Of a stretch of 44,299 nt of DNA, positions 43,737 to 44,299 are shown in pieces. Both the position numbers and the translations under genes were made by a program. Each line of letters opens with the position of its first letter. Positions within the stretch are counted from its first letter, which is position 1. The notes beneath the pieces are model-generated. The model was not told where the DNA came from and did no database searches. It saw only the letters and a list, made by a program, of their open reading frames with translations. The stretch covers positions 1 to 44,299 of the IMG/VR virus record IMGVR_UViG_3300044759_000025. The stretch is one strand, 5' to 3'. Source of the DNA: a virus (lineage: Duplodnaviria; Caudoviricetes).

Positions 43737-44299
43737 ATGGTCGTCGTCAACCTCGAAAACGACGCGGAAGCCGCTGCCAGGTTTCACCGGATACGCCGCG
43801 AGAACCCTTGGGCGATAGCGGGTCTTTATCGCTTCGATGACCTTCCGAAACGTCCACTGCTGCAGACGTGGCGGACATGCTTCCCCGACTGGTCCGGAGT
43901 AGCTCTCGCGCCGGGCATGGTGAGCATCGCTACGGGTCTTCCAGGCTCCGGCAAAACGCATCTCTTGGCGCAGATCTGGAACCACGTCGTTGGCAAATAC
44001 GGCTTGCGGGCGCTGGTCGCCTCGTTCGAGTGCGCGCCGCATCCCTACTATGTGCGCTATCTCCGAGAGTTTTTTGCTCGTCGCCGTGAAGCCGAGATGT
44101 CGGAGAAGCAGCTTCGCGAGGCTGATCAGTATATCCGCGACCACTACATGTTTCTGCTGCATCCGGACGAGACGCCGACGCTCGAATGGTTTCTTTCGAT
44201 GGCTGAGATTGCGGTGGCTCGCGAGGGCGTGAAAGTCATCCAGCTAGATCCGTGGAACCGGCTGGAAAGCCAGCGCGGACCGAAAGAGACTGAGCCAGA
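43737..44299 (+). CDS. DnaB/SF4 replicative helicase, N-terminal part (wraps to 1-469)
   Basis: Read by hand: MVVVNLEND...SIATGLPGSGKT (Walker A)...VASFE; open to the window end. Confidence 0.88.
   Translation, partial: MVVVNLENDAEAAARFHRIRRENPWAIAGLYRFDDLPKRPLLQTWRTCFPDWSGVALAPGMVSIATGLPGSGKTHLLAQIWNHVVGKYGLRALVASFECAPHPYYVRYLREFFARRREAEMSEKQLREADQYIRDHYMFLLHPDETPTLEWFLSMAEIAVAREGVKVIQLDPWNRLESQRGPKETEP
44171..44299. repeat. Terminal direct repeat (circular assembly overlap), copy 2
   Basis: Matches 1-129. Confidence 0.97.

Noticed and set aside
44171-44299. Biological direct terminal repeat
   Set aside because: It falls mid-helicase and its length is typical of an assembler overlap. The single mismatch is in the last 3 bases (AGA), which may be a SNP or adapter remnant.

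Overview
The window is an apparently complete, circularly assembled genome of about 44.17 kb from a temperate podovirus-type (short-tailed) phage. Bases 1-129 repeat at 44171-44299, and a DnaB-family helicase reads across that join. The host is probably an alphaproteobacterium: the phage encodes a GcrA homolog, and attP matches the 3' part of a tRNA-Val(GAC). Gene order is terS-terL, accessory and HNH inserts, portal, scaffold, major capsid, head fibre, tailspike, collagen fibre, adaptor, nozzle, ejection proteins, tail fibre, attP, int/xis, early recombination genes (HNH, NinB, ERF), cI/cro, GcrA, VRR-NUC, replication initiator, helicase. The most striking items are: (1) the major capsid gene is interrupted by an 832-nt group I intron with readable P1/P3/P4/P7/P8/P9 pairings, carrying a LAGLIDADG homing endonuclease that overlaps the ribozyme core; (2) the portal gene is split into two translationally coupled halves with a separate coiled-coil gene between them; (3) a fibre cassette is flanked by a synonymously diverged duplicate of the adaptor gene's 5' end, two fibres share an N-terminal anchor, and the adaptor carries an FDxGFDxGFD loop; (4) no recognisable endolysin. 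All product calls come from motif recognition and synteny; no database searches were run.
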